From NCBI GenBank assembly GCA_904063045.1, contig CAJFCJ010000015.1:1061034-1125033 (forward strand): a stretch of 64,000 bases of DNA, given 5' to 3'. The notes under the pieces were generated by a model, which worked only from the letters and a program-made list of their open reading frames with translations, had not been told where the DNA came from and made no database searches. The DNA comes from Dimorphilus gyrociliatus. Its lineage: Eukaryota; Animalia; Annelida. Positions 47,779 through 59,855 of this stretch are shown one piece after another. The position numbers and the translations under genes are program-made. Position 1 is the first letter of the stretch. The number at the start of each line of letters is the position of its first letter.

Positions 47779-50056
47779 ATGTCCCAAAAATCTCTCGGAA
47801 ATGTCATGAACGCCCAAACGAAAGAGAGTGTGGAATATTTCCTCGGAATAACTTTATATGGATTTGCCATCCCTCTCTTTGCTATTCTATTTATAACTCT
47901 ATTGTATCGAAAAATACGGTAGGTTATGTAATAAACTTGTAATATCGCTCACAGCGGCGTTTTCATCTTTTCTTAGACCCTTCTTCAAGGTTAAAGTTCA
48001 GTGCTGGTTTTGTAACGAAACGTGTGTTGTCCCTTACGGAAACTTAAACTGCTGGGATTGCCCAAAATGTGAACAGTATAATGGTTTTTCTGAGGTGATA
48101 TTTTTTAACCGAAATTCGACTCTAATTAATTATTTATTATATCTTTTACAAGCAATTTAATAGTTGTTCATGAACTATGAATGAGCTTTTAGAACCCTTT
48201 GTTTGTTGTATTGACTCTAAATTATAAAACAAACTTGTTCAGTACAAGAGAATAAAGATAAAAACCTGCCCCTGTTTTATCCCCCTCCCTCACCCTACCT
48301 TAATTATATATACCTTACAAAATTCTTTATAATATACATATTTCAGGATGGAGATTACAACAAACCAATACCATCCCAATATTGTGAAAATCTTAATTAT
48401 GCCCCTTCAGCACAAAGGACTAGAAACAGTCCAGAGGATAATTATGGCAAGATTTTGTGCGATAACTGCAATAATAACCAACTGTTAAAGGTTAAACATG
48501 TTGCAAGCTTTGAACCTCGTTGCGAGGTAAGAAAAAAGTTGAAATAATAGCATATTATCATCACAAAGATACTTATATAAATTAGATATGAATATTTAAT
48601 AATACGGGTTTTAAATTTTTTAGAGGTCAAAAAAATTTGTTTTCTATTTTAGGATACTTATTATAACGAGCTTGAAGATTATAAAGTGAAATTAGAGAGA
48701 GCCTATAAACTTTGTGTTCCATGCGACAGGAGAGTAGATTTATATCTGAGGCAGCAAGACGAATCAATTCAAAGAGATCTAATTGATAATGATATACCAC
48801 TTCCCAGAATAGATCATAACACTACCGATAGTATTTATCAAAATAAGGTTAATATATTTTTTAATATTTTTCACTGTAACCAATATAATAATCATTTTCT
48901 TAATCATTTAGGATAAAACAAAGAAATGCTATAAAATCTTTGTGAAATTAATGTATCTGGTACAATCAATGACGCTGATCATTGATACAATAAGCTTGGT
49001 CTCTAACGATAAATTGACAACAATGTTCATCGGAATATCTCTAGTCTTATCCATTTCTATTTTATCATTAAAGTTATTGAAATCGTGAGTAGTAGTTCCT
49101 TATTCTAATCTTTACATAAAACATGTCCACTTAAAAGGTATTACTATCGAATGGATACAATCAATTTATTGTTACTTATCGTCAAAGTATCAATTGAAAG
49201 TTATAACTCGAATCTTCTTAAAAGCTATCGAAAAAGTTTGCAGGTAGATAACAAAATACAATACAGACTATGAGTGTCGATAATTTACTTAATAACCAAT
49301 TAGTATACACTTTTGGTTTTGTTTTTTACAGATAACCTTGAACTCTTTAGTTTTTATACTAAATTTATTTAATTTTCTTCGATTGAAGAGAAAACGAAAG
49401 GAGCAATATCATTTTGCAAAAATTCCTCAGGCTTCGTTGTAAGTTGAGTAATATTTTTGTTGTCTTCAATTCAGAACATCTAAGGTTTTTTGAATTTAAT
49501 AGCAATATGAACTCTAGCACAGAAGATGTAAGCTTTAATAATAGTCTTGATAATATGAGTATACATACCACAAGGAAAAGTCAGGTATATATTAAGTTTC
49601 TTAATTGATAATCTTTCTCTTGAAATATTTATAAATGTCGTTTTCTTTAGGTACGAAAAAGGAATATTCTATCTGCTCCCCGATTTAACCCTGATCAATC
49701 AAATAGACAATATGCTGGTATATTAATTATTTAACTAACTGAATATAATCGTATTCAATATATTTATAATTTGTTTTCAAAGCGTCAGACTCAGCAATTT
49801 ACGAAGATAGATCTTTTGACGATGATAATTTCACATCTGTTTCTTGTCGAATGTCTCCTGGAAGTGGTGTAACAGTCGTTAAAGGTAAATATTTTCAATA
49901 GATGAACATAAATTAATGTTGAACTTTTACATTAATATTTGTTATTTTTCAACAGCCGAAAATACAACCTCATTTTCACCTTATATTTTTGGCTTCATTG
50001 GCTTAAGTTTTGGAATAAATTTAAGCTTTTTGCTCTTCTATTTTTGTAGAACATAA
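47779..50056 (+). CDS. TMEM201: TMEM201 / Samp1 / Ima1 inner nuclear membrane protein
   Basis: Spliced CWFCNETCVVPYGNLNCWDCPKCEQYNGFSE|DGDYNKPIPSQY..LCDNCNNNQLLKVKHVASFEPR..YKLC..C. The C-terminal exons are less certain. Confidence 0.85.
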
Positions 50057-50231
50057 TTGAGAATATCGAGAGAATATAAAATAGAGAAGATAAGAAGATA
50101 GAAAAAAATTTATGGACTATAAAGTAGCCTATGTTTTTTTTTTAAAAAAAAAATTTTCGTTATTTTTATATAAAAAGTTGACTTAAATTAAAAAGTCGAG
50201 ATAACTAATAAGATATGTTCTAACATTCAAG

Positions 50232-50254
50232 TATATATATATATATATATATAT
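50232..50254. repeat. (TA)n microsatellite
   Basis: Directly visible TA run. Confidence 0.9.
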
Positions 50255-50449
50255 TGTATATACAAGTATATACATGATAATGTTTAGTATATAATCTTGT
50301 GTTTATATAGAAATATTATACTCGTTAATATAACTCGATTTGGAGTTTTTTATTCCGAGAATAAAGCTTTTGTAGGCCTAAATTTTTTTGAAGAGGGAGA
50401 ATTTATTTAAAAAAAATTATTCAAATATATTTAGACTGTAAATAAATAC

Positions 50450-53400
50450 ATGAGATTTGAAGAAAAAGAAATAATGATTAAAGGTGAAAGATCATCATTT
50501 CTTACTCCAACTAATATTTGCTTGAAAGATTCCTCAAGAAGGTCAACTAAATCAATAAGGGATGAGGATAGACAAAATTTCGTTGTTGGTGAAAATCAGA
50601 ACAAGACAACTAAAGATGAAGAGATTTCTGATCATTTTTACTTAAATCCTTTTAATAAACTGACTATCATCTTTCATGTGGCAGTTGGAATAAGTATTAT
50701 AATAACATTGTTTATTATACCATTTGTCTCTTTTATAGATTCGAATAGAACGTCACTTTTATCATTAGGTTAATTATTTTATTCTAAAATTAAATTAATT
50801 AACATAATTGAATATTAATGAGATGAATTAATCTATCGTTAAAAGTCTATGTATCCGATTTCATATATGTTATATTCGTTATAACAAACTTTTTTACTTC
50901 GTACTCAAGAAAAGGCGTTAAAGTAACGTCTAGACGTCTTATTATTAGGAGATATTTAATAAAACCTCAACTTTTTCTATTCGATGTTATATCTTTTATA
51001 CCATTATTTGGATTCAGATTATACGGATTCAACAGTCAAATAGGACGCTATTTAAGCCTTGCAAGGTTTATTCATTTTAGTTGGTTTATAACTAATAAAG
51101 TAAATTAACAATTATATCAGATTGTTCCGTTATCCTGCTATTAATCGTATTGTTTATCGTCATGAAGATATATATGAAAATAGGCAACAATTGCAAATAC
51201 CTCTAACAAGATTTCTTTTAACTTGTGTCCTACCTGTTCATATAATGGCCTGTTTATGGTTTCATGTCAATTCAGATGGTTGGCATGGAGATAATTTACA
51301 AATAAAGACAAAAGATTATTTCCAAGATAAATTCATTGCAAATATTGACGATGATACAAATTGGATAGTTAAAGCATTTACAACAATGGACTATATATTT
51401 AATAGTTATATTGTATGCTTCTATTGGGCTTGTATAACTGCAACATTAACTGGTTATGGTGATCTTTGCAATACAGATTCACTTAGTATCGCATACGTCC
51501 TTATTTGTATGCTTTTATCAATGATATTTATACATGGGATACAATTAGGTAAAATGGCATCATGGTTTTCGAATAGGGATAACTCGAGGGCTAGATATTT
51601 CCAGAGAGTATCGATTATTAAATCGCATGTCAATAGATTAGGTGTGCCGGAATATCTCGTAAAAAATGTAATAGGCTATTACGAATATCTATGGAAAAGG
51701 AAAAGGTTCTTTAAGAAATAGACTATTTTTTTTTAAAAAAACAAAAGAAAAGATTTTTCATTTATTTTCAAAAACCTAAAACACAGGGGTACTGCATCTA
51801 ATAATTTACTATCCGATATGCCAATAACAATACGATCTGAATTAGCTATGGTTACCGGTTCATTTTTAATAGAAAAGTCTAGAATTTTAAGAGAATTATC
51901 CATTGGCATAATTAGAATGTTGGCGCTTAACGTAAAAACTCGTCTTTTCTTACCTAAACAAGTTGTTTTGGCCGAAAATCAAATTGGTAATTGTTTATAT
52001 TACATATTAAGAGGAAAACTAGAGGTTTTGGGTCATCGAGGTGAAGTTTTAACTATTCTATCAACTGGACGAATTATAGGAGAAGCTGACCTTATTATAT
52101 CAAGACCTCGACCGGCTACAGTTAGGGCACATACACACGTAGAACTTTTGATATTGGAAAAAGCTAATTATCAGTCAACCCTGCAAAACCATCCAAGGGA
52201 GAAAGATCATTTGAAATATGTTAGAGGTAACATTTAGTAAGCGAAAAACTACTTAATAAGTGTTTTTCATTAAGGTTTTGTGGCAAATGTGCACTCACGC
52301 CCATTCGTGCGCCAAAAAGGAAGGCGATATTGAAAGAGAAATTATTAAAAGAACTGCAATTCAACCTCCTCCCGTCTTTTCGGAAGAACAGGCAAAAGAG
52401 CTTAATAAAGGTCAACCGTTTCTTATTCGGACTAAGGATGACGATCAATATAATACTGAGAAAACATGGTCGACCTTTAGACATATTCATTACAGTTTTC
52501 GCTTTGTAGATAATTATGAAAGGTCATTAACTAAAAAGTTCCAAAATGTTACTAAACTTTCTGAGGATGAGGATACAATTGATTCGAATGCTAGATCGTA
52601 TTTCAAGGATTTTTTAACGTACTCAGCACTAGCCATGTTGAATATAAGAAATAAGGTAGCCATTATTCTTTTACGACTCAATTAAGACTATTTCGCTATC
52701 TTAATCATATTTCGTTTATTAGACTCATGCTCTAGTGTTTGATATATGGATAAATCCGCAGAGTAGAGGTTTTACTATATGGTGTTCGCTCTTAATTGTT
52801 TCGATGATTCAAATGGGTTGTTTCTTACCGCTTTTATTCGCCTTTGGAAGGTTAACTAGTAGAATTAAATCGTTAGAGACAACCTATTCTGGTCAGACTT
52901 TAATTATATTGACCAATTTGTTTGGTGAAGCAATTTTCGTTATTGATATCGTTATCAGATTAAAATTGGCTATAGTTACAAGAAAAGGAGTTCTAAGGAG
53001 TTGGAAAGCTGTTTTCCAACACTATATCAAAACTTATTGGTTCTTTATTGACCTTACATCTGTTTTATTAGTTCCAGTCTTGCTATTCAGTTATTATGGA
53101 ATAGATTTTTACTCTTTCTACCATGCTGTTCGTTTAATTAATCTAATTAAATTAATTAGGTCAGATTTCGCTTTTTCTTAAAAATCAATTAATTTATTTA
53201 AATTTTAAAGATTACCGAACCTATTTTCAAGATTAGAACATGGTCCAGCTGGTCAATTATATATAACAATTACAATATTAAAATGGTATCTTCTAATTGT
53301 TCTATTTAATCATTGGTGCGCTTGTGCATTCTTTGCATCCGCCTGTAAAGGTAGATCGTGCGACAGTGGTTCGTGGATTGAAATTTGGTGTCGCAATCAC

Positions 53401-56400
53401 AAAAACGTTTGCAAAGAAAGGACAATTATGATTGAATACTTGTTAAGTTATTATTGGGCTGTTGTTACAATGACATCAACTGGTTTTGGGGACATTACTC
53501 CAAAGAACGTTGGTTCTATGATAATAGCATGTGCTGTGGTCTTTATGGGCCTATTTAGCTTTGGAACTTGCCAAGCCTACATATCAGCCTATTTAGCTAA
53601 TCTAAATGAATCAAAAGTTAATTTTAGGCAATACGTACAGGCCGTGCAATCATTTATGGACAGGAGGAAACTAGATAAAAAGTTAAAAGACAGAGTTATC
53701 TCATATCTAGATGTTGTTTGGCATTATTTCGAAGGGGAATGGGTACCAGGCCAAAAGCCTTTGCTGTATGATTCTCCAGTGCAGCTACAAAAGGTATTGT
53801 AATAATCAATGTCCGAAGTTTTTATGTAAATTATCTTTTAATATATGAAAACCTCATCGAAATGTAGGAGTTGGCCACAGAAAATGTTGCTAAAACCCTC
53901 AATGCTATACCTTTATTTCACGGCCTTCATTCCTCATATATTAATTACCTATCTGAAAAGCTTCAAGTCTATATATTCGCTCCGGGAGATATTGTAAGTA
54001 GGGCGGGCAATGTAGAAAGGGTCACGTATATCATTATGAGGGGTTGGGTTGGTCTCTATACTCCCGATCACTCGACTTTACTCACAAAATTCGGACCACA
54101 TAGCCATTATGGTGAACTAACAATGATGTCAGGTGAACCAAGACCCTTTCATCTTGTTGCTATAACGCATGCAGAAATCTTAGAACTCTGTTTAAGTGAT
54201 GTGTTAGACGCTACTAAGACTTTAACACTTGCTGCGCGGCAATTAACAAATCTTCTAGGCAGAAAAGACATTTATAAACCTAGTGTACTCTCTAGAAAGT
54301 CCAATTATTCAATAAACAATGAAATTAGATTGAGAATTCCAGAAACGTTAAAAGTAGAAAAAAATGGAGAAGATAGCAAAAAGGAAGATAAAGAGATGGA
54401 AGACAATTTACATCATACAAATATCTCAATAAACGGATTGAAAGATAAAAAGGAAAGAAAAGATAAGGACTTTAATGATAACTCTCCATCACTTATCTGT
54501 AGACTATGCGTGAAACTGTTACTTCCTTTTACAATTAGGCCTCAGTCCAATTTTTTAAGAATATGGACAGTTTTTAGATTGACAAGTTCGATTTTGGCAG
54601 CATTCGTAATTCCACTTCAAACAGTATTCTACTATGATGTAGTAGGAGTATGGATAGTTTCATACTTTACAGATTTATTAGCCTTAATAAACGTCTATTT
54701 AATGATGCATGTTGCATTTTACTCCGATAGACCAGATATTAAAGGTGTATTAATTAGACATCCAATATCAACCGCCCTAAGATATTTACGGAAGAACTCT
54801 GGATTCGATTTATTATGTTTATTCCCCTTCGAGATATTCTACAAGCTTTTACCACAACCTTCTCGTAGTATTTTACAAACAATATGCTTGTTAAGGTTAC
54901 TATTCGTTCATTATTATCCAATTAATTACTACTTTTTTTTAATGAAAACCTATAGATGGAATAGAATACTTCAAGTACTAAGAATTACCCTGCTACTTAG
55001 TTGGATTGAAAAGCCTATTGATAGAAATCCTATCATAATTAGGGCCATAAAATACCTTTTATCATTTGGCATTATCGTAAATACACTTGTCTGTCTAATT
55101 ATACTATTTTCGTGTTCTCCCTTTAAATTTCACGATGACAATGTGATCAATTTTGGTTCATTCTTTGTTTGTCATTCAAAAGGCTGGCACGTTACGGGTA
55201 TTCAATCATTCAATAGTAGTATATACGTTAAAGAAAAGATGTACCTAATGGGTTTAACGTTTACTCTGTCAACTTTGGTTGGCGTTGGATATGGCGATAT
55301 GGTACCTCAAACTGTATTTGAAGTTATCTACGTTATACTAATGGTTGTTGGTGGACAATTACTGTGTTCATATGTAATTGCTGCTGTATCTGCGAGTATA
55401 GTAAACGCGGATGCTGCTAAGCAAGCCTACTTCTTCAAAATGAGAATTTTAGATAGTATATTAGGTAAGTGAGAGGGTTATCTTATCTTCTCATTCTGTC
55501 TGACCGCCTTATCTCTTTCTTGCAGAAGATCAAGAGATTCCTCTAACGTTACGAAACAGGATTCAACGCTATTTTGAGTTTGTTTGGACAAGAACCAAGG
55601 GGGTTGATCCAAAGAGTTTATTTACGACTCTTCCTACTGTACTTTGGCAGGATGTTACTACTTCTTTGTACTTTGATGCCGTTCGTCAAATTGATTTCTT
55701 TAACAAAACGAGTGACGCCTTTCTAAAGATGCTTTGTAAATCAATTAGTCCTATGTTTATCCCTAAGAATGAGCTGGTTATTAGAAGGAATGACTTGGGA
55801 ACGTCCATGTTTTTCATATGGAGAGGCTCTGTCGATATCATATCCGAAGACGACAGAAATGTTATTGATCACCTGGGACCGGGTGAATCATTTGGGGAGG
55901 TTTCATTCTTTTTCGGATCTCCTAGGTGAGAAAAAATGTGATTTTAACGCTTCAAATTATTGAAGGAAGGCGTTACGAAATGTCTTTTTATGCTTTAGGC
56001 CAAATAGCGTTCGGGCAAGAACAAATTGCGATCTATTTTGTTTAAGTAGAGAGGCTCTAGAAGATCTTCTAAATCTTTATCCAGATGTAAAAATGCAGAT
56101 GCAGAAGGAGGCTGATAATCGCCTAAAATTAATCGCTAAAAGAAGGAAATTAAATGATATAACAGATGACGATTCGTACGCAAATATTTCGGATAATGAT
56201 TTCGATTCTGGTGACTCATGCCCACCACAATCCGAAAAAGATATGGACGAGAATAGGGGTTATATAGTTGCAGTTGAAGGTACAAAAATGAAATTATGGT
56301 CCAAACCAAAAACGGCTATTGTAAAAAGTCCTGATGAAGTTGTAATAAATGAACTAGAACCTTATTCCCCAATAATTGAAAGATTAAGAAACTTGGCCGA

Positions 56401-58630
56401 CAATTGGAGGGAACTAATTGATAATGAAAAGGACGAAACATGCGATCTTCTCCACGAACAGAAGAAAATATTAGAGAATCCACCATGGATAAGAAAGAGG
56501 CATCTAGTTAGACATTCTATAACCGAAAATCCAGAGGACAAAGAAGAAGAAGAATTAAGGATGAAATTTCCTAAAATTCGTAATTATCAGTTAATTGCGG
56601 GAAAGAAACAACCGGCTCGACCTCTTAATTCTTATATTATGGGGCTAGGGGAATTAAATTGTAATATAAGCAATAATAATGAAATATCGACATTCCATAG
56701 GGAGAATAATCTACAGAGAATAAGATTTAATAGATTATTTAATTCAGGCATTAAGCATAAATTCCAGATTAGTAGGATAAAGGATTCTCGCTTTTCAATT
56801 CCGTCTTATAGAGGGATGATCAATCAAAGAAAAAGAATTTCAGAAATTGACTATAAAGATGTAATGGTTTATAGGAAAGAAATTGAGTATAAGACAAAGG
56901 ATGGAAACGATCTTAGTAATACTCTTTACATTCCACACCTGAACTCATCCAATGAAGAATTTACGGACAGAAACAACTCATTCATTTTGAATTACGGACA
57001 GAAAAATTCAACAACTTTACATCCTGATGCCAGAATCGTCAAGATAATCTATTTATTGGGAGCAATATCAACTTATTTAGCTATTGCATTATCCTCTTAT
57101 CGTCTAGCTTTTACGGATGAAAGATTGCTCTTCGCAGTAATCTTATATACATTGGATTTCATCTTCTTCCTAGAAATTCTAAGTAAGACCAGAATTCAAG
57201 TTCCAGATGCTGACGGTGACCTAATTACAAATTGGAAAGAGATAATGAAACGTTATCTATTAAATTATTTTGGTCTTCTTTTCGATTTACTAACGATTCT
57301 ACCAGTTGAACTATTCTTTAGTAAATTTCAAATAAGAGCGACTATTCGATTATTACGCTCTTTATTAAGATTTATAGGTCTAGTAGAGTTCTTTAACAGT
57401 TGGAGATCTGTTTTACACGCAAATATATTTTATATGAGAGGAGCGGCGTGCTTTGTTTATTTCTCTCTAACAATTCATTTAAGCTCATGCGTGTGGTTTT
57501 GGGTTGCGTGTCCGTACGGATATTGTAAGAGGAATAGTTGGGTAAATAAACTACGGGGATTGACTAATGAAACATCTTCAATCGAAAAGAGGGTACTCTA
57601 TTTGGATAGTTTGTACTTTATAGCCGCTACAATAACAACAACCGGCTACGGAGATATTGTTCCTAAAACTTTCTGGGAAATGGTTGTTGCTTGTTTTATT
57701 GTTATTTTTGGAAAGGTTAAATTGATAACTACACCATAACAATTTATATTTCTTTCTCTTTACAAACTATTGCAGATTGTTGTCGGATCCGTTTTCGCTA
57801 TCATTGCATCAACGCTTGCCAATGTAAACTCCTTAAAAGCCCGTCATAACTTGGCAATGAGTCAAACGGAAACGTTCATGGAAGATCAGCACGTACCCGA
57901 TAATTTGAAGAAGAGAATCCTGGCTTATCGTAATTATGTATGGAAAAAATCCAAAGGAATGATACCGAACGATTTATTAGCTGAACTTCCTTTGTGCTTG
58001 AAGAGCGAAGTATCTTTATTTATTTATAAATCTGTCCTAGATACTTTATCTTTGCTACGAAATGTGAACTCTGACGTCATCATGAGACAATTAGCTCTTA
58101 AAATGAAAAGTCAACCCTATGCTCCAGGTGACACGATAATAAGAAGGGGAGATATAATTTCAAAGCTTTTTTACGTTAAAAGGGGTTATTTAGAGGTTGT
58201 AGAAGACACTGGTGATAAACAAAATCATGTTTTAGAGATAAGGGGACCTGGTACTGTATTTGGGGAACCAACATTGGTTTTTCCAGTTCCACATACATCA
58301 ACATTAAGAGCTTCAACGCACGCCGAAGTAATGTCCCTAAATAAAACAGATTTAGATGAAGTTTTAAGTAAGCATCCAAAAGCGATGAAGAAGATAAAGA
58401 ACAACGCTTTTAAAAGATTTGGTCATCTCATTCAGAGGCTTCCGCAAAGAGAGAATCATAAATTTACGTTAATATCGGATAATTCTCTGCAGCTTAAATC
58501 GAGGGACGAGAAACTCAATAGAAAGGCAACAAAGACTAATTCATTGAGTAAGAAACTTTCGTATTTTTCGAAAATAAGTGAAACGAAAGGAAGTGGATTG
58601 ATTGAGCATGTTGATGAATTATCTCCTTAA
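50450..58630 (+). CDS. CNGK: Four-repeat K+-type cyclic-nucleotide-gated channel (tetraKCNG/CNGK)
   Basis: One spliced frame holds four 6TM + C-linker + CNBD repeats. Pore loops at about 51437 (TLTGYGD), 53467 (TSTGFGD), 55272 (VGVGYGD) and 57629 (TTTGYGD); there is no stop between repeats once the short introns are removed. Confidence 0.88.
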
Positions 58631-59624
58631 TTATTATAATATGTATAGTTTATCAAACTTTAAGCCTATATTTGTTTGTTAATTTATTGTTCAATTATAA
58701 TATATCCATTCGTGAAAAGGCTGTTTATAGATATAAGAAAGTATTGTGTAATATTGATATAGGAGTATTCTCTCTTCTAATTCACCTTATCACCTTAGCT
58801 GATCCTAAGACTCTACTCTTTTTTACGCTGAATATTTAAGGCGGTTGGCCTATAACTAGAGCAATTCCGAAGACTCTTCTTTATAACAATACTCGACAAA
58901 CTAAGTCAAAAATGGGAACGAAAAGAAATAATTTATAAAGAAAAGATGTAGGGAAAAAGAAAAAATACTGTATACGTTATATTATCATACGTCTGAGTGT
59001 AAAGAGGGAGGAGTTTAGGCCTATAACGATGGGAAAAAAATATTTTTAAGTAAAATCACACAAAAAAGAATTACTTTCTCATGACTTTTAGTTCTCCTTA
59101 TCTTTTTAACTTGATCTAAAAAAGATTTCTAAAGTTAATAATCATTTGCTCAGCTTGTAACAATCTCACTTGGATAATCTCTATAATAAGTAATAAGCTT
59201 TATTTTTCTTTTTACAAATAGTAGATTAGAAGAGAGAAAAGTAAATATTTCAAATGACTATATGTGTTGATTAAGGGAATAATGTTAGAAAAACATTAAA
59301 ACTAGACCAAAGAGAACGCTGACGGCTATTTCAATCAAGCGAAACATTAGAGTTATACAGATAATGTTTATATTTCTGTTTTTTTTTCTTTGCAACTTTC
59401 TAACGAAGGTTCTATTCTTTCATTTCTAAAATAAAATGATATAGTAAGATTTTGTTGATAAAAACAATATAATTTAATAAAAAAAGGTCATTGTCATTGT
59501 TCAATATATTTCAGTAAAAAGTGTTAAAACGCAAAAATTTTACGATGCTTTGTATAAAAAAAAATAATCTCAGACTAAGAAAAATATTTTGAAAAACGTA
59601 TGCGTATATATATAAATATAAGGC

Positions 59625-59649
59625 TATATATATATATATATATATATAT
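59625..59649. repeat. (TA)n microsatellite
   Basis: Directly visible TA run. Confidence 0.9.
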
Positions 59650-59855
59650 GAATCTATACATTTATTTATCAAGTTTATATCTTCCTCTAAATGGATACTT
59701 TGCTAGCACTCCTAGGAGTAGCGGCGGATGTAAATGTTGAATTTGATGATGGACTTGTATACAACGTATCACTAGAGGGCGCCGTTATTCGATTAAAAAC
59801 CATTTGCTGATAAAGGAAATAAATTATTTATTAAGAAAGGAAAATTATTTTTGAT

